Source: Chiloscyllium plagiosum (lineage: Eukaryota). From it: 64,000 nt of DNA. Of the stretch, positions 12,560-25,510 are shown in pieces. The translations under genes were made by a program, and so were the position numbers. The notes beneath the pieces are model-generated. The model was not told the DNA's origin, ran no database searches, and saw nothing but the letters and a program-made list of their open reading frames with translations. The stretch's first letter is position 1; each line of letters begins with the position of its first letter. The DNA is taken from positions 33,226,585 through 33,290,584 of the forward strand of contig NC_057728.1 in NCBI RefSeq assembly GCF_004010195.1, in the 5' to 3' direction.

Positions 12560-13150
12560 TGTTCTGAAAGATCCCAGGTTCATTGATGCTGTTTTGGAGA
12601 CCTTGTCAGGTAGTGGACCATATGAGACCCTGCTCCTCCTTAGGGGCAGAAAGTCCTCCAGAAACACTTCTGCAAATAATGGCAAAATGTTATAAAAGAG
12701 GTGAATATCAAGCTCTAGCTTCAAGGATGTGGGTGGAATGCCGAAAATATTCATTCACCTTACCAGGGTTATCAACGTAATAACACTATTTTCTTACACT
12801 GCATGCACACCTTCAGTATTCACAACACTCCCCACCCTCCTTCCTGTCACTCACTTTGACAATAACTGCATCTCATTTCATTATATCCTTCACTTCCTCA
12901 TTCTCTCTCAATCATGAGGCCATTATCACAGTCCTCATATCTTGTGCACTGCACACCAGCTATTTGAATATAATAAGTACTTTTTCTAAACTACTAATGG
13001 CCTCTAAAGAGTTAACAATACATTCGCTTCTTCTCTGCAGGACAGCATCACAAAACACCTGCACCAGAAGCTGGTGCCATAAGAAGTCAAGTCTTCCACA
13101 ATGGAAGAAAAAATTCTGACCATTACAATTAGGGGAAGAATCATTTGTGT
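12560..13150 (+). mobile_element. Degenerate Harbinger Myb/SANT-like accessory gene remnant
   Basis: PRFIDAVLETL ... RGRK ... RMWVECRK resembles Myb/SANT-like PRFSD..LE.L...RTW.QCRKR; a second piece after ctgcag (13040) has STMEEKILTI (~LTP.EE..L.I). Confidence 0.5.
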
Positions 13151-13314
13151 TGTGTGTGGTGATGCTGCAGGAGTTGTCACATTCAAGGCTTTGAATATTT
13201 TGTCCTCTTTTTCCATTCTTGCTTCTATCTCGCTCTACATAGACTATGCAACTAAATTTACCAGCCACTCATCACCCTGCTCTCTCTTTGCCATCAAATG
13301 CTAAGCCGAACAAT

Positions 13315-14090
13315 AATAACTTATATTTATGTTGCAGCTCTCATTTAATAAAATGTATCAAAGCATCTCAAGGGAGGATTAACAAAACATAGCATGATGC
13401 TAAGCACAAGGCAGTATTAGGTCAGATGACCAAAAGCCAAATCAAAGAAGTAGAGTTTAAGAGGTATCTAAGAAGGAAGACAAGGTGCAGCGGAAGATAG
13501 ATTGAGTAAGGAAATTCCAAAGCTCAAGGTCTATGCAATTAAAGACATTACTACAAATGGTCAAGCGATTAAAAATGCGTATACACAAGAGGCCAGAATT
13601 ATAGGTACACAGTTATCTCAAAGGGTTTTGCAGCTGCAGAGATTAGAGTTAGGAAGGCGTGAGACCAGAGAAGGAACTCAAAACAATTTGAATGTGAATT
13701 TTAACAAAGATGTTGCATGATCAGGAGCCAATATTGATCAGCAAACAGAAAGGTGCTGGGGGAAGCATGACTTCAGCAAGTTAAGGCACAAGCAGCAGAG
13801 TTTTGGACAATCTCAAGTTTAGAGAGAGTAGAACATGGGAAACTAACCAGAAATGCATTGGAACAGTCATGTCCAGCAATAATGAAGTCACAATTCAGGG
13901 GAAAAGAAGCAAATGAGGTTAAACAGAGGTAAAATTGACTGACTTGTCAAAGTGGAAATAGGTGGTCTTAGTGATGACACAAATGTGGTGAGAATCTCAT
14001 TTTAGAATCAAATGTGACACCACAGTTGAGAGCAGACTGACTTATTCAATCTCAAACTGTTGCCAAGGAAAGGGATAGAATCAGTAGCAA
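13315..14090 (-). mobile_element. L2-type LINE 3' fragment
   Basis: Minus strand encodes degenerate LD.SNAFL...KLEIVQNSAA and ends in an L2-like tail (ataaatataagttattattgtt). Confidence 0.65.
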
Positions 14091-14599
14091 ACACCTGTTC
14101 ACCCTCTTTTTGTTTTCTAACTGCAAGTATTTAAAACTTAAAAATGCTTTTGATTGTGCATTGGGCACAAATATGCAGAAGCTAGGAAGGAGGGGTAGAC
14201 TGTACATAGGAGTAAGTGCCAGCTTACTGGAGGGTATGACTCAGAATAGCCTTTATGCAGGGGCTTACTGGTTGAGGGAACCTAAGATGGTCAAAAATCA
14301 TACTTGGGAACACTTGTCAGTGCACCAATGAGCGAGCATACAATGTGTCGTTCCCAGATCTAGGTTTTGTTAGTCAGAGTGAAAACAAATCAGGAAACTG
14401 ATGTATGGTCCCATCTATCCAATAAACTTTGTCCTCAGCCTGAAGACTGTGTTGTGTCTAGTATATTCCAGATGTCATGAGTTTACAGAGATAGGGAGGG
14501 GGTTGGGAGGCCATGAAAGAATTTGCAAAATCAGGATGAAAGTCTAACAGGATTGCTTTTTTAAATAGTTAACATAGGCACCATGCTCTGATGGAAGTG

Positions 14600-15000
14600 G
14601 TCATCTTCCATGCTATAATTCTATGATAAAGGAGCGAATTCTGTAGCTTAGTGTGTGGACAGCTGAAGATATGTTTGCCAATTTAGGGTGATGGAAATTG
14701 AGAATGTGCAAGAAAACTGCCAAGTGGGAAAGGCTGAATTTCATATCTGACTTTGCTCTGTCCATATGAAGAGATATTAGACTTCCTTCTAATGTGGTCA
14801 GTTTTGGTCTCCTCACTGACAGAATGGTTGATTTCAAATAGAAAATTGTTCTCATGATACTTGCTGCAGCCTGGAAGGATCCAATTGTACATATGGACCT
14901 CAGTGATCTTGATGACCACAGGCTTTGCTGTGTGTGTCTTAGTGTAGGCTCAACGTCTGGCTGAGCAGGTGATGGAGTTTTGAAGCAGATGCATAAGTGC
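14600..15000 (-). mobile_element. Degenerate Harbinger transposase remnant (N-terminal/central part)
   Basis: Minus-strand fragments KPVVIKITE (~LPVAVKVT), TIGSFQAAAS (~ATGSFQA) and ISLHMDRAKS...LAVF (~ISFPM....F..IAGF). Confidence 0.55.
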
Positions 15001-17401
15001 TTCTTGAAAACCAGCTGAGAGTATTGCTTCCTCCATAGGTACTCCTTCTTCTCCCTGTCTCCTCCTCCTCCTCCTCCAGTCTTCCTTGCTTCTACCTTTC
15101 TCCATCTTCAAAGACAGCCCTACCAGACCTCACCCAGGACTACAGTAACTTGCACACATGGTTGTGAAAAACAGTGAATCATCAATAAAAACAGAGCTAA
15201 ATCTTCCCAGTCAGAAATCAGCCAAAGTCAATCACCAGCCTCCAACGTCAAGCCAGCAACCAACCTGCAAGTAACAGTAAACAGGATCCTTAATAAATGT
15301 TTTCAATCAACATTCCCAAGAGCCAGCTGGGAGGGACTAATTGCTTAAACCTTTTTAAAATGTTCGTTCGTAGGTTGTGAATGATGTCGCCTCGGCCAGA
15401 ATTTACTACACACTCCCAAATGCCCTTGAGAAGGTGATGTGCCATCTTTTTGGATCACTACAATCCATGTAATATCAGGACAATGCAGTTTGTCTGAGAA
15501 GGAATGAAAGGAATCCTTCTGCTCATTCTAAACTTTGATGAATTTGAAGTCACAAAATAGTCAGCTCATTTGCATAGATGCCTTCAGGTGTCATACTCCC
15601 AGTCAAGCAGCTCCATGGTTAGATTATCTGGAACAGTTTCCAGAAATTGATCTTCTTGTACTTGCTGACATAAACAAGAAAGCTGTTACATTATCCCATG
15701 TAGTCACAACTTCCAAATATCCTTTAAGCTCTGTGACTAACCCTCTGAAAATGCAGCAAACTGCTTTATGCAACAGCTTCAAATCTGCCTGAGCACTTAA
15801 GTCACAAGCAGAAAGAATACAATATTTTATAATTTTATAGTCCACTCCACCCTTGGATCACGTGAGTGTTTTGTGCTGTCATGACATCAGTTTTACACAT
15901 CAAAAAATTAAATAATCTACAACATATATTAATAACAAAAATGCTTCAGTTTTGATATAGCGATGTGTGGGATGAGACTCCATGTTTACCATAAAAGAGT
16001 TTTCAATATGATCAATGCATGTTTTCAATGAATGGTGGTGCAAAGAACCACATATATTCTGTATAGACCCGAATGTCTGAATAATGAACTACAATAAGTC
16101 AGTCTCTGAAGTAAAATACATAAACACGAGTTGCCTTAGTGCCAGAGGGAGAAAACACCTCCTCCACCATCCTCCTCCTCAGTATCAAAGCACAAAGCAC
16201 ACCCATAAGACATTTCAAATTTTAACCGTTTAATAACGAACACTAGGAAATCTGAAGGGTTATTAATTTTCAATTTGCAAAGAATTTTTTTTCAATCAAT
16301 CAGTCATTCACAGGATATAGACATTGCTGTCTAGGCCAACATTTATTGTCCATCCCTAATTGCGCTGGAGAAAGTGGTGGTGAGCTGCTCACATGAAATG
16401 CTGCAAATCATTTGCTGTCGGCATACCCACAGTGCTGTGAGGGAGGGATTCCCAGGATTTTGTCCCAGTGACAACAAAGGAATGGTGATATGTTTCCAAG
16501 GCAGAATGGTGTGTGGCCTGAAGGAGAATTTGCATGTGGTGGCATGTCCATGCATCCTTCCAGGAAAAAGAGATCACAGGTTTGGAAGATGCTGCCAAAC
16601 AAGACTTGGTGAGTTGCAGCATTGCATCTTATGATGGAACAAGCTATTACCATTGTACTTCATGGGGAAGGGAATAAATGTTGAAGGTGGGAGATGCACG
16701 CCCATTATGCAGGGTGCTTGTCCTGCTTGGTGTCAAGCTTCTTCAGAGTTATTGGAGTTGCTCTCATCCAGGTGAGTGGGGTGTGCTTCATCACACTCCT
16801 GACCTGTACCTTTTGAACAGACACTGAGGACTAGGAAGCAAGTTACCTAGTACAGAATTCTAAGGTGCTGATCTGTCCTTGTAGCTACAGTATTTATAAT
16901 CAGTTCAGTTTCTTGTCAATGGTTATCTCCAGGATATTAATAACGAGGAATTCAGTGATGCTAATTTCTTTAATGTCAAGGGTAGATTCTCTCTTTTTGG
17001 AGATGGCAATTGTCTGGAAAATGTGACACAGTATTACTTGCCATTTTTCAGCTCAAGTCTGGTTGTTAGTGTGAACACAGACTGATTCACTACCCAAGGA
17101 GCTGTGAATGATCATTGTGCAATCATTAGTGACCTCATGATGAAAAGGATGCTGCAATCATTGATGCAGCATCAGATATTGGTTAAACCTAAGAAACTAC
17201 CTTGAGAAACTCCAGCAGAGATCCGGGATTGAAATTATTGACTTCCAAAAACCACAACTATCTACCTTTGACCTCGTTATGTCTCAAACCAGTGAAGATC
17301 TCCTCCCTTCCCAGATTCCTGTTAACTCCATTTTATCTAGGGTTCTATGCTGTCATACTCAGTCAAGTACTGCCTGATGGTCTCAAACAATCACTCCCAC
17401 C

Positions 17402-17592
17402 TTTTTTTTAAATTAATTCACAAGATGTTGGCGTCACTGGCTAGTCCAGCAATTATTGCCCATCCATAATTGCCCAGATGTCAGTTAAGTATCAACCATA
17501 TTGCTGTGGGTCTGAAGTCACATGTAGGCAAGACCAGGCAAGAATGGTAATTTCCATACCGAAAGGACAGGAGCAAATCAGATGAGTGTTTC
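17402..17592 (-). mobile_element. 5'-truncated SINE, same family as 29630-29990 and 58893-59170
   Basis: Directly similar to those copies (gctgtgggtctgaagtcacatgtaggc...accagg). Confidence 0.7.
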
Positions 17593-18104
17593 CTCCTCAT
17601 CTCTGGAGTTCACTCTTTGTTCTGGTTTGGACCAAAACTGTATCAAGTTCAGAAACTGAGTAAATCTGGTAGAACCCAGGCTGAATATCACTGAACAGGT
17701 TGTTGCTGGGCAAGTACCACTTCATAACACTGGTGATGACTTCGAAGATCAAGAATTGACTGATAGGTTAAATCAAACTCAGCCAAATATCACCCGATGT
17801 TTTGTTCATGTAAAATACCTCCACAAGGTTCCATATTGTCAGAAAGGTATCAGTGTTATAACTATAATAGAACAGCTAGGCTATTGGCGCAACTAATTCT
17901 GGAGCACAAATCATCAGTACTGTTGCCTTTGCAGTATGCAATGGTGTCAGCCATTTCTTGACATCATATGGAGTTAATCGAATTGTGATTCAGTGGACCT
18001 CTGGAAGAAGCTAAGATGAATCACCCCCTCTGGCTGAAGATGGTTACATCTTTCCACTGGCATGTTGGGCTTCCCAATCACTGAGGATGGGAATCTTTGC
18101 AGAA

Positions 18105-18198
18105 ACCCCTCCTGATGAAGGACTTATGCTCAAAATGTCGACTCTCCTACTCCTCAGATGTTGCCTGCTGTACTTTTCCAACACCACATTTTTTGACT
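18105..18198 (+). mobile_element. Penelope pLTR fragment with degenerate hammerhead core
   Basis: CTGATGA at 18112 followed by aggacttatgctcaaaatgtcgactctcctactcctcagatg; same family as 10776 and 46193. Confidence 0.65.
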
Positions 18199-18651
18199 TC
18201 GTTATTTCTTTGTCCATCACCACTCATGGCTGAATGTAGCAGGACTGCAGAGCTCAGATCTGAACATTTGGTTGTAAGATCACTTAAAATATTACAACTG
18301 TGCTCTGTGTTTTGACTCTGTGTTGGTAGTTAACCAGGCTGATCCTCATTTTTATGTAGACCTGGTGCTGCGTCTGACACTAACCCCTGCATGCTTTCTT
18401 AGTTATTTATAATACAGGCATATATATATATGTTGCAATACTTTTTATCCAAGTTTGAAAGTTAATTGTTATTTTTATATACTCTAAGTGTAAAAAGTCA
18501 CCCATTTCAAAAATGTAAATCTATTGCACTGAACGACAACAAGCAGAAATAGCGTAAGCATCTGAATTATATCTGCACACCAGCTAAAAATGTAACATTT
18601 ATTAAAAACTGGCAGTGATGTTATTTTGAGGATGAATTTATAATGATCAAC

Positions 18652-18800
18652 CTGTTTGAAGTTTCCAGTACGTCTCTGCTCCCAGTCCATCATGTCATGG
18701 AAAATTGGGATCATCACATTCCGAAGATCAGCCTGGGGTACAAGTGTCACTTCTAAAAATGGTCCAATAAGTCCAGGAATAAATTGTAACTTGTGCTCTC
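18652..18800 (-). CDS. DOCK4: DOCK4 coding exon (149 nt): (G)EHKLQFIPGLIGPFLEVTLVPQADLRNVMIPIFHDMMDWEQRRTGNFKQ
   Basis: tag acceptor, gttgat donor, phase 1/0; ORF 18484..18825. Confidence 0.96.
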
Positions 18801-18898
18801 CTACAATATAATCAGTTATGATCATTTATTGTATTTAACCAATTGAAATTATATTTGTAGTTAAGCAATCCAGAAAATACAATGCTATAAGTTTTTAC

Positions 18899-18957
18899 CT
18901 AGATTTTGCCACATGCTGAAGATTTCACATCCCATCATCACCCTCATGTCTCCATAT
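18899..18957 (-). CDS. DOCK4: DOCK4 coding exon (59 nt): (K)YGDMRVMMGCEIFSMWQNL(G)
   Basis: cag acceptor, gtaaaa donor, phase 2/1; conserved YGDMR motif. Confidence 0.95.
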
Positions 18958-19117
18958 CTGTAATTGAAAATGAATAACTAAGATGATGAACATAAAATGA
19001 ACAAGTGGAATCATGAATAGTAAAGATTTATTTCCAGAAACCCAAACATCATTAGTGCATTTAAAATTTTTAAAAATAGTCTTTATACTGTAAGCAGAAT
19101 CAGATAACACAACTTAC

Positions 19118-19218
19118 TTTTCTAGAACTTTCTTTCTTTTTGAAGGTGAAAACATCTCAAGCTGAAGGCAAGGCTGATTGATAAATATTACTGCCAGATA
19201 GAAATAAGACTCCCACAC
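19118..19218 (-). CDS. DOCK4: DOCK4 coding exon (101 nt): VWESYFYLAVIFINQPCLQLEMFSPSKRKKVLE(K)
   Basis: tag acceptor after a poly-T tract, gtaagt donor, phase 0/2. Confidence 0.95.
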
Positions 19219-22200
19219 CTATGAAAAAAAGATTTCTTTAATTTCATCCAGATGTAAAAACATTACAGAGGATTAAGCTGCAGAGAGTTAGTTTTATGTT
19301 TAGTTAGCCATGTAACCAATGTGCTAGTAATACAATATATATATACATTGTGTATATAAACATTTGCATGAATATATCCTAAATCTTGAAAACTCATCAT
19401 AATATGCAATATTTTTACATACATATGAAATAATGGCTTAAAAATTTATATAGTTAGAAAACAGATAAATTTACATTGATAATTATAAATTACTGAAGAA
19501 TTTTTCACACAATTGTAGAATTGGATAATACAGGAGTGAAAGTCATGCAATTGTGTTAATTGAACAAGTCCCATGCCACTGCTGGAATCCTACATGGCAC
19601 TTTTCACACAATCTTAAATGATATGCTGTTTTGGAATAGGACTGTTAAACCATGTAGCATGCAATGGATTATGGTGCCTTGAAGGCTGACATAAATTCAC
19701 GCTAGCCTCTCCCTTTACTGTTTGAAAGTATAATTGTTGAACGTAAATACAGCTTGCAATCAGTCAGATTTAACTGCTATTTAGGCAGAAATATTTGCTG
19801 ATTGGAAGGCGCTTCTAAATTTACAGCTACTCATCAGATTTAAAGCTAAATTGTACAATGGAATGTTTCAAGAAATCATTATTGAATTATTGTGACTGAA
19901 AAATCAAAATGACTTACTTCCTTATGCTTTTGATTTAAATATTTCTTATCCTTTCCAGAATACTGTTTTAAATGTGACATATATTTTCAAGCTTTCTCAA
20001 AAACACAAACATCTGTGTACATTTGTTAAGCATTATCCATAGGTAGAATTGTGAAAATGTTTCCCACAAAAATATACAAACAAATGCAAAAGCAGACAAT
20101 GCCTGAAGCAACTATTAACACTCTTTTTATTGCTCAACATTTTGAAGAACAGACTGAGTGTTAGTACATTTTGTTTTTGTTCTTGGAGACTTTAAACACC
20201 TCAGGCATCAAAGTCAAAATTATTTCAATCTTATCCATGTAAGTACCTTTTCTAAGTATTCTCAAAAATGATATGAAACAAAATAAATTTTGGGAATAAA
20301 AATAAAGCACATAAAAGCTCAAAACTTTTGAACAGGCACATAAACCCATTGACTTGTATCTGACCTCATGATTCCCTAACTGGTGAACTCTTGCTCTTGC
20401 AGGAAGTCAATTGAAAGACCAGCTTTTGATCAATTCTCACCACCAATCACTGATGAAACAATCCATAAGTGCACTCCATTATGACTTAATCTTAACTGTT
20501 AATTTCAATGTTATTGCTTTAAGTTACAGAAATGATTTGCATTCTAAGATCCTCACTATGATCTATTATGTTTAATCAGTATTTTGTTAATTAGTTATTT
20601 TCAATATAGACCAAGTTCAGTTGATAAATATTTAGTGCTATTTTTAGTACAATAAACTCTGCCTGCCAGGTTTCAGGTTCATCAGTCTTACAGCTGTTTT
20701 TTTCTGTAAAACACTTAAAGCTGCACTTGCACACTAACTGTGAAGCAGTTTCATTTTGCACTAACACTGGAGTTATTGCATAAATGCAATCTGAATCCAG
20801 AAACAAGATCTGGCCTGTCACTGAAATGAAATCATGCTGGACTCTCTGGGTTGGATACTGGCATTCTGCTGGAGATGAGTGTTCCCAAAATTTCATGCAA
20901 CTGACTCGTGTGCTGAAAAGCTGCCATCTTCCCACTTCGAGGCCCGTTACTGAAAGGCAAGTGAAGCAGGGTGAGAGCATCCCATCAATCAATGGTGGGT
21001 GGCATATGCTTATTAAAGCTAACCAGCAAATTGCTCGAGACAGTCCCTTGCTCGCAGACTGCAAGGGCCAGAGCTGCAGGATCAGTTTGGCCACAAGCCT
21101 TTATTAACATCCACATGGCTGCAGCTACAATTTGTGCAAAGAGCTGCCGACTGGTGGCCTCCACCTGGAAATGCCATCTCTCTTTGTCTAATCTACACTG
21201 GTAGGCTGCAGAACAGCAAGATCTGAAACCTGCCCACCTACAACTGGACTTCTGTTCAAAAATTGCATTGTGTTATTACAATATTATACAAGATCAAACC
21301 CAGATGTTATCCTGTCATCAGGTGCCAAACCAAACAGAAAACCTGACCACATGTCCAGAGGGTGATCCACTTCTGAAAGTCACCAGCTGATTTCATACTA
21401 CAGAACCAAACCCATTCTGCAGTGGTGTTAATTTTGTTGCAAAAATCTTTGAAGATGATCTTAAAGCATTGCAATATGTTTCTGACTATCAGAATTTATA
21501 CAAGCAACTCCAACAGTGTTTAGCTGAAAAAGTTTCTAAATTGCTGATTGGATAATTACATAAAAATGACTGAGTTAAGTTTGATTATTTGAAAACTATT
21601 TTCACAAAGTTTTTATTCATGATGAAACAGTATTGATTTTGCTTTCATCATTTTTTTAACAATATAAAAATTATTTTCTAAAGTTTGGTACAATACATTG
21701 AAATGCAGGACTCAAATACTGTCTGCTATACAGTAACTGGGCACAGCTTTCACAGGTAGGTTGCTTTACTATTTAAGATTCTAAAATTTCCAAGAGAAAT
21801 ACCTAGTATTATGTCACACAATGTACCATGGATAAAGATTTTAAAGTCAGCAGCAATTCAGCAGAATCAGTAAAAAATGTACGACTGAGAATTGAAGGAG
21901 GAAGCTTAAATGTATGATGAGCTATTTAACTGTAGAATCTTTTCTGCCATTTCCTTTCATGGATCCCATGCAGCACATACCATTTTCAGCTTTGAAGGCA
22001 GCTGGGTGATGTGTTTCCAAGCCTCTGCCACTTCACTGCTAACAGTGTAGGAGCAGACTGGAGTGAATCATCTCCAATCACTACCTGTGGGGAAATGACT
22101 CACAATGGCACAGTTAAGATGATATCAGTTTGGATTTATACTTATGTCCTGCTACTCCACTGAAACTGTAATGTTTGTGCCATCATGCCATGCTTAATTT

Positions 22201-23635
22201 ATTTTTGATTTTTCATGTTTCATCATGTGTATAACAAAGTGCCCAATACTCCTGTGTTATTAACCTGATGCTTGAGCACTCCAGCAGTCTGAAAAAGGAC
22301 ATGGCAACCCTGTGATGCTGACACTGATCTTGTTTATGCCTTTGGAGAATCGCAGTTTAAATTAACATCCTTTACATCCTGCATGGATGGCTGTGTTTGT
22401 GCAAATATAGTGAAGAAATTCTAAACATGCCACCTGATCTGTACTGCAATTCAATTGTTTTCACTTCAGTGCGTGGGTACTTCAATGCTGGAGTAGTTCT
22501 GTATCGGTTGCAGTTAAATGCTCGAGCCTATACAGCATCCAGATAAGAGTATGCATCATGAAACCAGTTATGTAACTCCACCACACAACCCATGCCGAAG
22601 TTTACACTTCCCAGTCAGTGCATAAATTGAAATGTTTGCAACCAATTCAGTGACATGATCTGTTAATGTCTGCATAAGTGTAACAATCCACTGAGAAAGA
22701 AACAAAAGGATTAATTCAAACAACAAGAATATGCTGACCTTCCTTAATTCAACCCGCAAGACCAACTTGCTCCCATGTACAGCAGATGCATTATTTTGGA
22801 TTTATGATGCATGGAAGGCTTTGAAATATGGGTCTCCAATATCAATTGGGAAATGGAGAAGGAGTGAGGGTACATGCCATCGGGTGGGAACCCCAGGAAT
22901 GCTGCGCACATGGAGGATCCCCCAGGTTTAACCCCAGGACCTTGTGAGAATTTTATTATTGCATTTCTTGGTGAGTACATTGGAGGCCTTGTGGCATTTG
23001 CTGGTCTGGCGATTGCAGAGACAAGGCATATCTCAGCAGGTTTGCTTCAGATGCTGGGAATGACATCGGCTTCTCCTGTGTCCACAAGCTGTCTGGGTAA
23101 AGAACTTTACTGTAGGATCTGGCAGTTCCCTTGGCTGTTCAGCTTTTGGGATTCCTTATCGAAGGGAAACTTGGAACGTATATATAAACCTAAATCACTG
23201 ATAAAATCTGTGGCACAGAGCCACATTGAAATATCATAATTACTGGCCATCCTCTCAAGAGTGGATTACTTGACAACTCCAAGTTGTTCTAGTTAAAATG
23301 GTACTAGGCTTGTTTTATTGCGGCTTGTGTTTAACATATAATCACCCCAGTCCCCAACAATGTCACATCAGTCTTGGGGAGGGATTAAACATTTTGTCAG
23401 AGAAGTCTGCAGTACTTTTAAATCACCCTCATCAGCGAAAAAGTTTAATCACAGAAGTAAAGACAATGAAAGAATCCCCAATGCTGACATAGTAAATTAC
23501 AACAAACCCTGCACAACAGTCAAATGAGACAGTCCTAGCAGAACAGAAGCCAAAATACTGTTTCATGTATGAAAGCAAGCAGTACATGTAAAAGTACAGA
23601 TCCACAAAATATAGTATTATTAAAAATCACAATAC

Positions 23636-23711
23636 CTTGAAGTCAAAGCTTTCATTTAGAAAGTTCTTTCTGAGTGCATCAGAGAGATAGAGAATTGTAG
23701 TGATGATCACA
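23636..23711 (-). CDS. DOCK4: DOCK4 coding exon (76 nt): (N)VIITTILYLSDALRKNFLNESFDFK
   Basis: cag acceptor, gtattg donor, phase 2/0. Confidence 0.94.
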
Positions 23712-25114
23712 CTGAAAGATAAGAAAAGCAAAAATCAGCTCCTGAAGTTGGACGCTTTAGTACCAGCTTTACATCTTGAGTGAAAACACTGGCATAGAAT
23801 TATCAATATGGTATGATCAGAAGGCATGTCAGGTTGGCACTGCGATCTGCGCTTATATTCGATGCAATGAATAGCTATACCCCTTACGTATTGGTCACTG
23901 TGAATTAAGTCATAGGTATTTATCACTTGTTGCTTGCAGCAAAACAGGTTTTCTTTGAAACTAATGTTGGCAAGGAGGTCAAGTTGGCAGGAATGCAATA
24001 AACCTCTTAAAGTTATAGAGACCATTCGTCCACTCCTTAAATATCATATGACTCCATTTGAGCCTGTTGCTACAACAAGGGCAGAAATGTAGAGACTTCT
24101 GCCTGTATGTGGCAAGGTAGGACCATAACCACAGAGGGCTACCCACCACTCTACCTCACAGAATTTAAGGGACGGGGGCTGGTAGTGGTGGTGGACAAGG
24201 ATACTGTGTGCTACTTGATACCAAATCTCAATTCTGAACCTAGTGGGGAGTGCAGGGGCAGGAGTGGGGGCTGTTTGCTGGAGAGTACATTCCCTTCCTG
24301 CAGGGCCCAACACTTTTTGCCCCCTCAATTTGAAATTCTATGTACTTTTTCAAGTGTGCCTTCATTTTGAGGCACTACTGAGGTTTTCATAGCCAACCCA
24401 GCCTTCACTCTTCGGGTGACTTTGCTCAGGCATCAGAGTTGCTGGTCTTCTAATTTGGCTGGCGGAACCAGGAGCCTGTTCATCATTCTTGGTCAGACAG
24501 TGGGCCTGAAGGCTGACTGAGGATACTTTACTGCCAGGTATAGGTCAGCATCTGCTTATCAACCTGATGATGGTAGCTCAAAACCCACAGTTACATTTAG
24601 GCCCCTGTCTAAGTAATGGCTATTATGTCATAACCAACCATTTTAGCTTGCATTTGCAATTCACTGAATTTGTTCTATATATTCCTTTAACCATCTTCTA
24701 TTGTATTTTTAAGTAAAGATTTCATTATCCTTTCTACTGCTGACATCTAGTCAACTGGTTTACTGTTCCTTGGGGTTGTGAAATCTCCCTTTTTAAGTGT
24801 ACTAATCACATTAGCTGTCCACATGTCCTCTGCCTCAATTTCTTTTCCTAATGAATTTTATAAATTAAATAGTGCCTATGCCAGCATTTCCTCAGCTTAA
24901 TTTTTTTATATAACAAGTGTATGGTTGCTCGTTTCAATCTATTTGGATCAGAGATTTTATCCTTTTCATTTTGATGATTTATCAATTATCTTCCCCTTTA
25001 TTACCTTCGATCAAATGAGGAAGGATAATGTACTATGAAATCACAAAGAAAGCCATTTGTGGCTGATTAAAACTGCTTCAATACTGCACAAGGGAAGGAA
25101 ACCCAACTGGAGAT

Positions 25115-25510
25115 CACTAAATTACAGAAAAATAGTCACAGATTTGGGAAACAATGCTACTTTTGAGGATGGTGAAAATCAATGAGGTCGAGAAGTTGGA
25201 GATGGAATGATAATTTGTAGATTTAGGTGTGTCCTGGGTAGGTTTTGAGAGGGCAGCAGCTTTGATAAGGTGGGAGCCAGTACTTGAGCTGAAGAAATTG
25301 ATTAGTATACCAACTAGCATAGGGTTCCTGAAGAAAGCTTGGGTATTTAGTTGGGATCTTACTCCATAAGTTAATGCCTGTGGAAACATGAAGAATAGCA
25401 GTGACTGTAGATCTGCTGGTGAAGACGAAGGGAGAAATCATGGATGTGGTAAATAGGAGGGGGAGAAAGGTTGGCAAAGTAAATCTCCAATAGGCAACCC
25501 ATGAACAAAC
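25115..25510 (-). mobile_element. Degenerate LINE RT fragment (L2-like)
   Basis: TNYHSISNFS...ILKSSIVSQI resembles NYRPISNL.FLSKILE..V.SQ. Confidence 0.5.

Larger units (their letters stand above)
16285..18390 (-). mobile_element. Decayed LINE (CR1/L2 group, subfamily unresolved) with nested SINE and pLTR
   Basis: Shares the 3' tail (ggccagcatttattgcccatccctaattgccc-like) and the RT C-terminal KLDT.QDK segment with the copy at 49580-50290. Confidence 0.7.

Noticed and set aside
20591-21204. 167-aa (-) and 107-aa (+) ORFs as a nested gene
   Set aside because: No recognisable domain or splice context; they overlap a GC-richer block that looks like a decayed repeat.
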